Assembly: GCA_028717245.1 (NCBI GenBank)
Contig: JAQUOD010000004.1
Coordinates: forward strand, 65,508-129,507
Direction: 5' to 3'
DNA length: 64,000 nucleotides
Source: Candidatus Omnitrophota bacterium
GTDB taxonomy: Bacteria > Omnitrophota > Gorgyraeia > Gygaellales > Profunditerraquicolaceae
The notes beneath the pieces were generated by a model that saw nothing but the letters and a program-made list of their open reading frames with translations, made no database searches and was not told the origin of the DNA. The position numbers were made by a program, and so were the translations under genes. Numbering within the stretch: the stretch's first letter is position 1; every line of letters starts with the position of its first letter. Below, piece by piece: positions 10,405 to 21,038 of the stretch.

Positions 10405-10945
10405 CTTTCTCCTCCATCTCCTGTCTTATCCTTTTTACGGTCTTTTCTTTCTGGATTAATTCTTTTCTCACGGCAGTAGCCAGCTTTTTATCGCCCAGCA
10501 TCTTTAGGTTTATCTCGACATTAAAATACGCCGAAGCAAAGGCTGCCTCTAAAAGAATTGCCGCCACTGCCACGTCGCTGATAAGGTTAAGGTTGCCTTT
10601 GGTAATCAGGGGCGGGCATAATTTTATCCCTTCATAAGAAAGCCGCGCTATCATAAAAGGAACATCCAGGGCATCCCGGATATTTTTACTCTGATAGGCG
10701 ACAACGTCTAAATCTACTAAATTTAAAAATTCCTCTCTTAATTTTTCGGATTTCTCTATTATCTTCTTTAACGCGTCTTCATATTTGGCATATTTGGGTT
10801 TTCCTAAGGTAAAATTTACCACCATACTGATTAAAGATGCGCCCAGGCCGGCGTTCAATGCGGCGGCAGAACCGCCTCCGGGAGCGGGAAGTTTAGCGGA
10901 TAGATCGTTTAAGTATCTTTTCAGGCTCAGGTCTTTATAGTTCAT
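10382..10945 (-). CDS. fchA: Cyclodeaminase/cyclohydrolase family protein (FchA/FtcD-like methenyl-THF cyclohydrolase).
   Basis: LPAPGGGSAAALNAGLGASL motif typical of the FTCD_C family. It sits between fhs and folD. Confidence 0.7.
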   Translation of the reverse strand: MNYKDLSLKRYLNDLSAKLPAPGGGSAAALNAGLGASLISMVVNFTLGKPKYAKYEDALKKIIEKSEKLREEFLNLVDLDVVAYQSKNIRDALDVPFMIARLSYEGIKLCPPLITKGNLNLISDVAVAAILLEAAFASAYFNVEINLKMLGDKKLATAVRKELIQKEKTVKRIRQEMEEKVGKIIRG

Positions 10946-12636
10946 GATAATCCGACGATTTCTCCTTTCTCATTCAGGTCAATCTTCTCGCCTACCGGAT
11001 GGCTGGGCAGCCCGGGCATAGTCTGCATATTTGCGCAGAGAGGGTACAAGAATCCTGCGCCGATAGAAGCGCGAATATCTCTTATTGGCAGGATAAAGTT
11101 TCTGGGCCTTCCCTTTAGGTTCGGGTCGTGGGATAAAGAAAGATGAGTTTTAGCCATACATATGGGCAATTTATCCCATCCGCGTTCGTTAAACAATTTA
11201 ATTTTTGCTTGCGCCAAGTCCGCATATTCTACGTCTTTGGCGCCGTAAATTTTAGTAGCAATAATCTTAATTTTCTCCTTAATGGGCGCATCCAGCGTAT
11301 AGAGGAATTTAAATTTCTTAGGCGAATTCGCTGCCTTAATTACTGCCCTGGCTAAATCTGTCCCGCCTTTTGAACCTTTGCTAAAGACTTCACTTACGCA
11401 ACAATCATGGGCGCCAAACCCTAAAGCCTTCTCCTTGACAAAATCTATTTCTTTATCCGTATCGCAGGAAAACCTGTTTATCGCTACTACTACCGGAATG
11501 CCGAATACCTTAACATTCTCTATTTGTTTTTCCAGATTACAGAGACCCTCCCCTATTGCCCTTATATCTTCTTTCTCAAAACAAGTATCTAAGGGCATGC
11601 CGGCGACAACTTTAAATCTTCCGCTGTGCGCCTTTAATGCCCTGATAGAACAAACAATTACTGCGGCATCGGGGATGAGCCCGCTGACCCGGCATTTGAT
11701 ATCAAAAAACTTTTCTGCCCCGCAGTCAGCGCCAAAGCCTGCCTCGGTAACTACATATTCGGAAAACGCCAAAGCAATCTTATCGGCTAATATCGAACTA
11801 TTGCCGTGCGCAATATTAGCAAAAGGCCCTGCGTGCACGAAACAAGGCGTATGCTCAATGGTCTGGATAAGGTTAGGTTTTATGGCATCTCGTAAAAGTA
11901 CGCTCATGCTGCCTGCGGCTTTTAAATCCTGGGCGGTTACCGGCTTATTGTCAAAAGTATCTGCCAAGACAACCCTGCCGATACGTTTACGCAGGTCAGC
12001 TAAACTACTGCTCAGCGCTAATATTGCCATCAGCTCTGAAGCAACGGTAATATCAAAACCAGTATCCCGCGCAATACCGTCTTCTTTTGCGCCTAAGCCG
12101 ATTTTTACGTTCCTCAAGAACCTGTCGCTTATATCTGCTACCCGGCGCCAGTAGATTTTTTCCGGGTCGATATTCAGGCGGTTGCCCTTAAAAACAGAAT
12201 TATCTAAAAACGCTGCTGCCAGATTATTAGCAATACCCACCGCATGCACATCGCCGGTAAAATTCAAATTAAAATCCTCCATGGGCAATACCTGGGAATA
12301 TCCTCCTCCTGCGGCACCGCCCTTTATACCAAAAACAGGGCCTAAGGAAGGCTGCCTTATGCAGGTTGAGGTAAGTTTACCCAACTTGTTTAAAGCCATA
12401 GAAAGGCCGATAGTAGTTACGGTCTTTCCTTCACCCAGCGGCGTAGGAGTGATAGCCGTAACTAAAATATATTTGCCTTTCTTTTTATTTTTGATCTTAT
12501 CCAGGATACCCAGGTCTATCTTGGCAATATTGCGGCCGTAAGGGATAAGGTATTCTTTGCCGATTTTTAATTTAGCGGCTATCTTTTCTATGGGTTCTTT
12601 TCGCGCCTTGCGGGCGATTTCAATATCGGGTAACAT
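10942..12636 (-). CDS. fhs: Formate--tetrahydrofolate ligase.
   Basis: 564 aa with TPTPLGEGKTVTTIGL P-loop and the FTHFS signature. Confidence 0.9.
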   Translation of the reverse strand: MLPDIEIARKARKEPIEKIAAKLKIGKEYLIPYGRNIAKIDLGILDKIKNKKKGKYILVTAITPTPLGEGKTVTTIGLSMALNKLGKLTSTCIRQPSLGPVFGIKGGAAGGGYSQVLPMEDFNLNFTGDVHAVGIANNLAAAFLDNSVFKGNRLNIDPEKIYWRRVADISDRFLRNVKIGLGAKEDGIARDTGFDITVASELMAILALSSSLADLRKRIGRVVLADTFDNKPVTAQDLKAAGSMSVLLRDAIKPNLIQTIEHTPCFVHAGPFANIAHGNSSILADKIALAFSEYVVTEAGFGADCGAEKFFDIKCRVSGLIPDAAVIVCSIRALKAHSGRFKVVAGMPLDTCFEKEDIRAIGEGLCNLEKQIENVKVFGIPVVVAINRFSCDTDKEIDFVKEKALGFGAHDCCVSEVFSKGSKGGTDLARAVIKAANSPKKFKFLYTLDAPIKEKIKIIATKIYGAKDVEYADLAQAKIKLFNERGWDKLPICMAKTHLSLSHDPNLKGRPRNFILPIRDIRASIGAGFLYPLCANMQTMPGLPSHPVGEKIDLNEKGEIVGLS

Positions 12637-12644
12637 AACTATAC

Positions 12645-13025
12645 CTAATAGATAAAACTGCTATCCAGTTCAAACGCGTTTTTGATTAGTTCCAGGCGGG
12701 GATTATCCTGCGCATATAATATAGAGATAACATCAAACCTGGCTTTTTTATCTAACAGATTATTTTCTTTAAGATATGTAAGGGCTGCTTTAGAGATTTG
12801 CCTTTGTTTAAAAGCCGGCACTGCCTCCTGCGGCAGGCCAAACCTATCCGAATGCCTCGTCTTTACTTCCACGAAGCAAAGCGTATCTTTATCAGAAGCT
12901 ATGATATCTATTTCGCCTAATTTTGTTTTATAGTTCCTGGCGAGAATCTTATAACCCTTATCTTTTAACAAGGCCGCGGCCAGTTCTTCCCCTGATTTGC
13001 CTGTAGCTAGATGTTGTTTACGCAC
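12645..13025 (-). CDS. yraN: YraN-family (UPF0102) endonuclease.
   Basis: 126 aa. GEELAAALLKDKGYKILARNYKT...GEIDIIA motif. Confidence 0.75.
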   Translation of the reverse strand: MRKQHLATGKSGEELAAALLKDKGYKILARNYKTKLGEIDIIASDKDTLCFVEVKTRHSDRFGLPQEAVPAFKQRQISKAALTYLKENNLLDKKARFDVISILYAQDNPRLELIKNAFELDSSFIY

Positions 13026-13621
13026 CCTAAGAAAGTTTTTCTATGAATCCTGGAGGGCCCGAATCTTTTAATCAAGCGCCTGTGCTGTTTTGTCGGGTAG
13101 CCCTTATGCTGCAAAAATCCGTATTGCGGGTATACCTTATCATATACAGACATGATGCGGTCACGGATAACCTTGGCGATGATGGAAGCGCAGGCAATAG
13201 TCTTGGATTTGGCGTCGCCTTTGATGATAGTCGTGAAGGGCAGGCTTATATCAAGGCCCATGTTCCCGTCTATAATGACGTGGATGCGCTTTTCGGGAGC
13301 CTCTTTTAGCTTATTTACGAGCGCAAGTATTGCCGCTTCCATAGCGCGGCGCGTCGCCACCAGGATATTCAAATTGTCAATGATCTTTTCGTTTATTACC
13401 CCGACGCCGAATACGGATTTCTGGGTGATTTCAAAAAAGGCCCTTTCTCTCTGTAAAGCGGTTAACTTTTTGGAATCGTCTATGCGGTTTTTAAAAGATA
13501 CGGTTCTTAAGGTTACTGCTGCTGCGACTACCGGCCCTGCCAGAGGGCCGCGGCCTGCTTCATCTACCCCGATGATGAAATCGTAGCCTCTTTTTTTAAG
13601 CTTACGCTCGTAGTAGAGCAA
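13007..13621 (-). CDS. rnhB: Ribonuclease HII.
   Basis: GVDEAGRGPLAGPVVAAAV catalytic motif. Confidence 0.9.
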   Translation of the reverse strand: MLYYERKLKKRGYDFIIGVDEAGRGPLAGPVVAAAVTLRTVSFKNRIDDSKKLTALQRERAFFEITQKSVFGVGVINEKIIDNLNILVATRRAMEAAILALVNKLKEAPEKRIHVIIDGNMGLDISLPFTTIIKGDAKSKTIACASIIAKVIRDRIMSVYDKVYPQYGFLQHKGYPTKQHRRLIKRFGPSRIHRKTFLGCVNNI

Positions 13622-13632
13622 TTTATTTCTAG

Positions 13633-13989
13633 CTAAGCCTTTTCTTCTTCCTGCGCTTCAATCTTAGTGGCGCGCTTGCCAATCTTACCGCGCAGGTAGT
13701 AAAGCTTTGCCCTCTTTACTTTACCGGAGCGGGTAACTTCAATGCGCTCGATGCTCGGTGAATATAAAGGAAACACACGTTCGATACCTTCACCGTAAGA
13801 GACTCTTCTTACGGTGAAATTTTCATTCACTCCGCTGCCCTTCTTGGCGATAACTACGCCTTCAAAAGGATGCAGGCGCACTTTATCGCCTTCGGGGATT
13901 TTGATCATTACTTTTACCGTATCACCGACGTTAAATTTAGGCATCTCTTTTTTTGTGTATTCCGCTTCGATAAGTTTCATTTTATCCAT
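13633..13989 (-). CDS. rplS: 50S ribosomal protein L19.
   Basis: 118 aa, L19 family. Canonical AAGGAGG RBS upstream. Confidence 0.9.
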   Translation of the reverse strand: MDKMKLIEAEYTKKEMPKFNVGDTVKVMIKIPEGDKVRLHPFEGVVIAKKGSGVNENFTVRRVSYGEGIERVFPLYSPSIERIEVTRSGKVKRAKLYYLRGKIGKRATKIEAQEEEKA

Positions 13990-14004
13990 AACATCCTCCT
14001 TAGA

Positions 14005-14739
14005 TTAATTATCTTTTAATAAATCCGGCCTTGATTTTTTGGTAATTTTTAAGGCTTGTTTTTTTCTCCACTGCGCTATTTTTTTATGATTACCTGATAA
14101 AAGGATTGCCGGGACCTTCATGCCTTGATAATTGGCAGGCCTGGTATACTGTGGATACTCCAATAGATTACCCGTAAATGACTCAAAATTCAAGGAATTT
14201 TTATCCCCCAATACACCCGGGATAAGGCGCACTAAGGCATCCACTAAAACCATAGCCGGCAATTCCCCGCCGGTCAAGACATAGTCGCCGATAGAGATCT
14301 CTTCATCCACAAGAGAAAGCCGCACCCTTTCGTCTATGCCTTCATAATGCCCGCAGATTAAAATGAGGTGCTTACATTTGGCCAACTTTTGCGCTACTCT
14401 TTGATTTAATTTCTCACCCCGCGGGCATAATAAAATAACTTTTGTTTTTTTCGTATCGCGTATCGCGTATCGCGTATCGCGTATCTTCGATGCACGACGA
14501 AAAATATCATTCACTGCCCGGAATATGGGCTCTGGGTTTATCACCATGCCTGAGCCGCCGCCAAAAGGCCGGTCATCGACTTTCCTGTGTTTATCCAAAG
14601 TATAATCCCGCAGGTTATGGATGTAAATCTTGACCTTACCTTTATTTTGCGCCCGCTTGAGAATAGATTCATTCAGCACGGGTTCGAACATCTTGGGGAA
14701 TATGGTGAGGATATCTATACGCATCGTATAAGGTATCAA
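14005..14739 (-). CDS. trmD: tRNA (guanine37-N1)-methyltransferase. Carries an in-frame heptamer tandem repeat insertion.
   Basis: [17 protein letters not shown]..., typical TrmD. The (CGTATCG)x4.5 array at 14452-14485 encodes [12 protein letters not shown] in a variable loop. Confidence 0.9.
   Translation of the reverse strand: MIPYTMRIDILTIFPKMFEPVLNESILKRAQNKGKVKIYIHNLRDYTLDKHRKVDDRPFGGGSGMVINPEPIFRAVNDIFRRASKIRDTRYAIRDTKKTKVILLCPRGEKLNQRVAQKLAKCKHLILICGHYEGIDERVRLSLVDEEISIGDYVLTGGELPAMVLVDALVRLIPGVLGDKNSLNFESFTGNLLEYPQYTRPANYQGMKVPAILLSGNHKKIAQWRKKQALKITKKSRPDLLKDN
14452..14485. repeat. Heptamer tandem array (CGTATCG)n inside the trmD coding sequence, in frame.
   Basis: cgtatcgcgtatcgcgtatcgcgtatcgcgtatc, read directly. 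Confidence 0.85.
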
Positions 14740-14803
14740 AGTATCAAGGTGTCAAGGTATCAAAGTTTTTTCTTTGACACAATGACACCTGACACTATGA
14801 CAC

Positions 14804-14805
<2 letters not shown>
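14732..14805. repeat. Junction palindrome (GTATCAAR)n-T6-(TGACACN)n between tgt and trmD.
   Basis: ggtatcaaagtatcaaggtgtcaaggtatcaaag tttttt ctttgacacaatgacacctgacactatgacact. Same word family as 33893-33960. Confidence 0.75.
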
Positions 14806-15973
<1,168 letters not shown>

Positions 15974-15980
<7 letters not shown>

Positions 15981-16969
15981 ATCAGCATGGCATCGCCATA
16001 ACTATAAAACCTGTATTTTTTATCAATAGCTTCCTGATATGCCTTTTTAATCAGTCCCTCGCCGGCAAAGGCGCAGGCTAACATAAACAGGGTAGTACGG
16101 GGAAGATGAAAATTGGTAATTAAAGCATCAGCCGCCTTAAATTTATACCCCGGATAGATAAATAAATCCGTCTCTCCTGCCTCATTACCAGAGGCATAAC
16201 TCTCCAGGGCGCGGCAGGCAGTTGTCCCAACAGCAATTATACGCGCCTTTCTTAAGCGCGCCTGCCTTATGCTCTGGCGCGCCTCTTCACTCACCTGAAA
16301 AAACTCTTTATCCATTTTATGAACGCTAATGTCCTCTGTTTTCACTGGCTTAAACGTAGAATAGTTTATATGCAAGGTAATATAAGCGATATCCACGCCA
16401 ATAGCTTTAATTTTATTTATTAATTCTTGAGTAAAATGTAACCCCGCCGTCGGAGAAGCAATAGAGCCTTCTTCTTTGGCATATACGGTCTGGTAATAAA
16501 TACTATCTGAATCTTCCGGTGGCCTTTTAATATAAGGCGGTAGCGGCATCCTGCCTAAATTATAAACCGTATCTATATCCGCGTCAGAAAAAGTAACTTC
16601 ATTTTTGGCGCTGATTTGCGCGGAAATTTTTCCTCCGTTAAAAACTATTTTTTCTTTAAGCCGCAATCGATGAGGCCTGATGAGTGCCTCAAAGGTTAAG
16701 CCGGATTTTTGCCTTAAGAGTAATAGCTCTACTCTCCCGCCGGTAGAGCGCGAGCCGATTAAACGGCTGGGTGTAACCTTAGTGTTATTTAATACCAAGA
16801 GGTCACCCGCCTGTAAATAATCTCTTATATCCTTAAAAATGCGGTGTTCGATAGTGGCTCGTTTACGGTCTAAAACTAAAAGCCGGGCCGTATCCCTCTC
16901 TTCTAAGGGGTATTGCGCGATTAATTCTTTGGGTAAGGGGTAATCGAAATCCGATAATTGCATCATCAC
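15974..16969 (-). CDS. queA: S-adenosylmethionine:tRNA ribosyltransferase-isomerase.
   Basis: FDYPLPKELIAQYPLEERDTARLLVL, typical QueA. Confidence 0.9.
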
Positions 16970-18150
16970 TTGAGGTTATCCACGGAAGAAATCTGCGCAC
17001 CGGGATAATAATATTCCAGTATCTTCTTATAGTCATATCCTTCTTTGGCCATAAAATAAGCGCCCCACTGGCAAAGGCCCACGCCATGGCCCCAACCCAG
17101 GCCTTCAAAGACTATATCATCATCCAATACTTTCACCTGGAAATTCGTGCTTCTGATAATATCCGGGCCTGCGATATTCCTGAAATCCTTGGCGGAAATC
17201 TTTATTTCTTTTTTATCACTTATTATTTTAAGGTCAGTAATACGGCTGGATTTATCATAACCCAAAATCAGGATATCCTCGATATCCCCAAGTTTGTATC
17301 CAGATTTTAGTAACGTATCTTTTAAATCTTTCCGCGCCAGAACGCTGTGCCAGCTAAAATGAGGAGACTCCCGGCAAAAATTGCAAGGTAGGCCCTTAAG
17401 TGGCCCTATATTTATATTCCAAAGTAGAGAGGCATCTTCTGTATGCCCGCCGCAGGTAGCGTGATAAAAAGCAGGAAGGATCTTATCCTTATAAGTAAGG
17501 ACCATGCCAGCCGTTTCATCCACTGCCTTATTGATACGGTAACGCTCAGCGCCACGACCGCCGTACACCTGAGAATAGACGTCGCTGGTTAAATCAAAAT
17601 CATTTTTGCTATTTTCCTGCATTTTATAGAGGGCAAAGGTACGGAATACTATGACCTCGGCCTTAAGCGATTCTATTGGCCGGTAATGCGAAGTCTCCCG
17701 CACCGAAATCCCTTTTATATAGTCCTCCAGGTCAATATAATTAATGGCCGTAAGCTTAGCGTAATCATCTTTGATAAACTGCATATTGCCTCTGAACATC
17801 CGGCCGTTAATCATAACGGCATCGGCTTTATCTGCCTTAATAAAAAGTTTATTTGTCCTGGATTTTATATCGCCCAATGAAATGCCTGTGCTATAAGATG
17901 TGAGGGTAGTGTTTAAGTTTTTGCCGCGGTTTAAAACTTTGTTCTCTGCCGGATCCAGGACTTCATAAGGCCCCTTTATCTCTAGCCTCAAAGAAGCAGC
18001 ATTTTGTAAAATGGCTACCCGGATATACCTGGCCGTTCCGGCAAAAGAACTAACGACTAGCGACAAACGACTAACGACTAAAATAATTATCAATATAAAT
18101 AATAATTTTAATTTGTTCAATGTGCTTTTTATCGGCGAGGCCATAGCCAA
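16966..18150 (-). CDS. SpoIID/LytB-domain protein (amidase enhancer-like) with N-terminal TM segment.
   Basis: C-terminal GWGHGVGLCQWGAYFMAKEGYDYKKILEYYYPG matches SpoIID/LytB domains. Confidence 0.7.
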   Translation of the reverse strand: MAMASPIKSTLNKLKLLFILIIILVVSRLSLVVSSFAGTARYIRVAILQNAASLRLEIKGPYEVLDPAENKVLNRGKNLNTTLTSYSTGISLGDIKSRTNKLFIKADKADAVMINGRMFRGNMQFIKDDYAKLTAINYIDLEDYIKGISVRETSHYRPIESLKAEVIVFRTFALYKMQENSKNDFDLTSDVYSQVYGGRGAERYRINKAVDETAGMVLTYKDKILPAFYHATCGGHTEDASLLWNINIGPLKGLPCNFCRESPHFSWHSVLARKDLKDTLLKSGYKLGDIEDILILGYDKSSRITDLKIISDKKEIKISAKDFRNIAGPDIIRSTNFQVKVLDDDIVFEGLGWGHGVGLCQWGAYFMAKEGYDYKKILEYYYPGAQISSVDNLK

Positions 18151-18344
18151 AATATTATAGAAAGGATGATACTAATTAATATAGATGTGGTTATAGGAAA
18201 ATAAAAACTGAAATTCTTCTTCTGGATGCAGATATCTCCCGGCAACCTCCCTAAAAAGGGAATTTTATGGGCGAAGGTTAATAATACGCCTACGCCTAAC
18301 AAAATAATACCGAAGATAATTAATGTTTTGCCGATTTCCTGCAT
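18129..18344 (-). CDS. DUF2905-family small membrane protein. The likely start is the internal Met (MQEIGKT...); the track ORF extends to 18413.
   Basis: KIPFLGRLPGDICIQKKNFSFYFPITTSILISIILSIIFWLW resembles the DUF2905 consensus. Confidence 0.55.
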   Translation of the reverse strand: MQEIGKTLIIFGIILLGVGVLLTFAHKIPFLGRLPGDICIQKKNFSFYFPITTSILISIILSIIFWLWPRR

Positions 18345-18356
18345 CTTTGCCCGAAA

Positions 18357-18407
18357 GGGACTGTCCCCGTAGATATCGAACCCGTTAGAAACCAAGGGGA
18401 CTGTCCC
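18357..18407. repeat. REP-like GGGACTGTCCCC...GGGGACTGTCCC pair, inverted relative to the other two copies, 7 nt beyond the queH stop.
   Basis: gggactgtccccgtagatatcgaacccgttagaaaccaaggggactgtccc. Confidence 0.6.
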
Positions 18408-18414
18408 TGCCACA

Positions 18415-18951
18415 TTATTTTTTCCTACTATACCTCTCTACTTCTGAATAAATGCAACCGCAATATTTCTGGCAATAAATACCGTGGGCCTTGGCTGAAT
18501 CATGCGCCTGCTTAAAGCCCGGGCGGAAGTCCTCGTAATAAAAATTAACTCCCTCCACCTGCGCGATAGCCTCTCCGATTTTTTTGAGTAACTCCTGGTC
18601 CTGATAGGGGCTGACTAATAAAGTAGTGGAAAAAGAATCAAATCCTTTATCTTTTGCAGTCTTAGCAGTTGCTTTCAGGCGGAAAGTCCAGCAGAGCGAA
18701 CACCTCTCGGGATTCTTTTCCTTAAGGTTCACCTCCTGAAAATACTGCGAAGGCTGATAATCAGGATAAATTACCTCCAGATTAACCCGCTTGCTATAAT
18801 CTTCTACTGCCCGCCTTCTGTTTTGATATTCTGCAAGCGGATGGACATTGGGATTATAGAAAAATCCCGCCACCTCAAAGTCCTTCTCCCTTAATCTCTC
18901 CAAGGGATATATCAAACACGGCGCACAGCAGGTATGTAATAATAGTTTCAT
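18415..18951 (-). CDS. queH: Epoxyqueuosine reductase QueH (DUF208).
   Basis: N-terminal LLLHTCCAPC and C-terminal CQKYCGCIYS cysteine motifs. Co-located with tgt and queA. Confidence 0.8.
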   Translation of the reverse strand: MKLLLHTCCAPCLIYPLERLREKDFEVAGFFYNPNVHPLAEYQNRRRAVEDYSKRVNLEVIYPDYQPSQYFQEVNLKEKNPERCSLCWTFRLKATAKTAKDKGFDSFSTTLLVSPYQDQELLKKIGEAIAQVEGVNFYYEDFRPGFKQAHDSAKAHGIYCQKYCGCIYSEVERYSRKK

Positions 18952-18953
18952 AT

Positions 18954-18990
18954 TTCGTAACTAGTAAGCTCGTAACTCGTAACTAGTAAT
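18954..18990. repeat. (CGTAACT / AGTAAGCT) word repeat immediately upstream of queH.
   Basis: tttcgtaactagtaagctcgtaactcgtaactagtaat. A related TTACTAGTTACGAGTTACTG lies at 35546-35582. Confidence 0.7.
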
Positions 18991-19037
18991 TTTAATACTA
19001 TGTAAAAGCAAGCCAATCCACCCGTAAAAATAAGCTC

Positions 19038-19066
19038 TTGACAACATGCCTATTATAACCTATACT
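19038..19066 (+). promoter_or_regulatory. Near-consensus sigma70-type promoter, TTGACA-N17-TATACT, on the plus strand. It sits next to a solo terminal fragment of the X element and reads antisense into the DUF3800 gene.
   Basis: ttgacaacatgcctattataacctatact, read directly. Confidence 0.35.
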
Positions 19067-19137
19067 TATGTTTGGCTGTATGACCGAAACGGGTTCTCTT
19101 TTCGAGACCCTAATAAAATTAGGAAATACAGCCATTT

Positions 19138-19833
19138 TTATTTAAAAATCCATTCCCTAAGGCGTATCTTCTTGCCTATATATTGCTTAACCACCTTCAC
19201 CACAGCCAATTTCATCGGATTTTCGCCTTTCTTCAAATCATAGTTAACCGCGCCTAACACTAAATCCGCAATACCAATCAAGTCATCTTTTTCAGAATCT
19301 CTGGGTTCAACGGTTTTTATAGTATTTCGTTTAGTACTTAAATTTATCTCCCGCTTAATATACTCGCAGATATTATCATCCCTCATCCTGACTTTTTTAT
19401 CTAGATAAACAACCGCTTCATTTAATATGCTAGCATTTTCTAAGAGCAATTCTTTGGTAAAGAAATTATAGGCTCGAAACATTCCTCTTGATTTAGCTAT
19501 TTTGATTTGTTTTTCCGTTAAATCTTTAATTTTCTTAATGTCATCGTCAAAATACCTCAATTCTAACTTCTCATTTGAAACTGCCAAGGCCCGAAAATAA
19601 ATATGCTGCCTCAAGATTTCATCTAAGACCTCACAGGCTACCCTTGAGCGTTTAGAAGAAAAATAATGTATTTCTTTAAAATGGAATTCCTTCTGATAAT
19701 TATGTTTTTGCCTTATTCGTTTTATAATTTCGTAAAGCGGCTCTCTATCCTTTACAAACAAAAGGCCGACAACAAACTTTCCCGTAGTACCGACTACGCC
19801 GCTCTCATCCTGATAAACAAAATGGCTCCTCAA
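19138..19833 (-). CDS. DUF3800-family protein with the conserved N-terminal DES motif. AT-rich and probably horizontally acquired.
   Basis: MRSHFVYQDESGVVG... N-terminus and ...DLIGIADLVLGA C-terminal motif. Codon usage is visibly more AT-rich than in the flanking genes. Confidence 0.6.
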   Translation of the reverse strand: MRSHFVYQDESGVVGTTGKFVVGLLFVKDREPLYEIIKRIRQKHNYQKEFHFKEIHYFSSKRSRVACEVLDEILRQHIYFRALAVSNEKLELRYFDDDIKKIKDLTEKQIKIAKSRGMFRAYNFFTKELLLENASILNEAVVYLDKKVRMRDDNICEYIKREINLSTKRNTIKTVEPRDSEKDDLIGIADLVLGAVNYDLKKGENPMKLAVVKVVKQYIGKKIRLREWIFK

Positions 19834-19894
19834 TCTTACTCCTTATACACACTCGCTTGAAAACCGTCTTAAGTTTTATAATCTTTTACTCGGT

Positions 19895-20068
19895 TTTACG
19901 GGTCCTGTCTTGGCTTGTTTTCTCGCAGGGACGCTCGTTTTGCCCAGCGTGCAAAACTTCGCTCGACTTTCGGCCTCGCTCTCACCGATAATTAATAGCG
20001 GGTGAACCGTGCCCGCTCGGCCTGCAAACGCCCTGCTCGAAACCAAGCCAATCCATCCGTAAAATACA
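19895..20068. mobile_element. GC-rich X element, MITE-like with imperfect TIRs TTTTACGG...CCGTAAAA. It is about 96% identical to 53500-53665 over roughly 145 nt.
   Basis: Direct comparison of the two loci. A terminal fragment recurs at 19005-19030. Confidence 0.6.
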
Positions 20069-20082
20069 TAACAACCCTCTAT

Positions 20083-20766
20083 CTATTCACCAACTTTAGT
20101 TTCTTTAGGCAATGGCGAATCACTAACTGATTCAGGTGGTACCGGTTTTAGTTTATCAAACCAATCAATGTAAGGTGTTATAGATCTAATTAACCCTACT
20201 CCAGGGAGAGCTTTACCAGTAGCTCTGTTCGGAATGTAAGCTGTTACAAAACCCACCAGTTCTGAAAAACGATCGAATGTTGGTCCGCCACTCACACCAT
20301 TTATAACTACACCATCTACTAAATATGCTTCTCTTTCAGCTAGCCATGCACTTACGCGACCAGAAAAAAAACAAAGTTGAGTTGGATATACCGAAGGGAA
20401 ACCACACCACCCCAACTCAACTCCTGCTTTTTTATGGCTTTTTTTCTCAAATAATGGTAAAACCTCATCTGGTAATGGCAGTTGACCTTTTGGAAGACGA
20501 ATTAAAGCCGAATCAGTTGCGTCGTCCCAGTGGATAGACCGATTACCTTCTTTTAATAGAATTGTTTTGCCTGTTATGTGATGTTTAACTTTTATGGGTT
20601 GATCCCATTCCACAGCGTAATTGACAACATGCCATGCTGTAGCGATACCTATTACTTTTTCTCCTTCGGAAGAAGCGACAAGAAAACCTGTTCCACTTCC
20701 TGCTGGAGTACTTATATAAACAACGTGATTCTGCAAGTTTTCCAATACCTCATACAATTCTTTCAC
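20083..20766 (-). CDS. Trypsin-like (S1 family) serine peptidase, cytoplasmic-looking and AT-rich.
   Basis: His in TAWHVV, Asp in DSALIRL, Ser in GVSGGP (GDSGGP-like). Codon usage differs from neighbours. Confidence 0.65.
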   Translation of the reverse strand: MKELYEVLENLQNHVVYISTPAGSGTGFLVASSEGEKVIGIATAWHVVNYAVEWDQPIKVKHHITGKTILLKEGNRSIHWDDATDSALIRLPKGQLPLPDEVLPLFEKKSHKKAGVELGWCGFPSVYPTQLCFFSGRVSAWLAEREAYLVDGVVINGVSGGPTFDRFSELVGFVTAYIPNRATGKALPGVGLIRSITPYIDWFDKLKPVPPESVSDSPLPKETKVGE

Positions 20767-20825
20767 CGTATTATCCTCCTATCTAATTAGTGTGAATTTG
20801 GTAGTTTCGAGCTTGCGTTAGCATT

Positions 20826-21020
20826 TAGCGGGTGACGAGGCATGTTTTGAGCAGCATCTTGAAAATTCGAGCGGGCACGGTTGCCCCGCTAAATACGAAG
20901 CCGGGCAGAGCGAGAATTTTCACCGAAGTGCAGTGAGCCACGCTGGGGCGAACAAACGGTGCTGCGAAAAATATGCCTCGGCAGGACCCGCTACCTCGCA
21001 AGCGAGAAAAGCTGTAGTAA
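20826..21020. mobile_element. Diverged long copy of the X element, in the opposite orientation to 19895-20068.
   Basis: CGAGCGGGCACGGTTGCCCCGCT...GAGCGAG... aligns with the reverse complement of the X core. Its ends match the 9391-9490 short copy. Confidence 0.5.
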
Positions 21021-21038
21021 AATTAGTTATCAAATATC

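Noticed and set aside
11378-12154. Large plus-strand ORFs embedded in fhs, ruvB (21644..22162), scpA (22452..22925), nusA (26075..26557) and others.
   Set aside because: Each sits antisense to a well-conserved minus-strand gene. The translations are low-complexity (S/A/P/L-rich), typical of shadow ORFs.
16863-17108. 81-aa minus-strand ORF overlapping the queA start / SpoIID-like gene end.
   Set aside because: Almost fully overlaps two well-supported genes in another frame and has no distinctive features.
19895-20068. X element as a tRNA, tmRNA, RNase P RNA, SRP RNA or 6S RNA.
   Set aside because: No tRNA T-loop (GTTCRANYC), no tmRNA tag ORF or 3' tRNA-like end, and none of the RNase P P4 or SRP domain IV consensus strings was recognisable. 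Multiple diverged copies with TIRs fit a mobile or repeat element better. A covariance-model scan would be needed to be sure.
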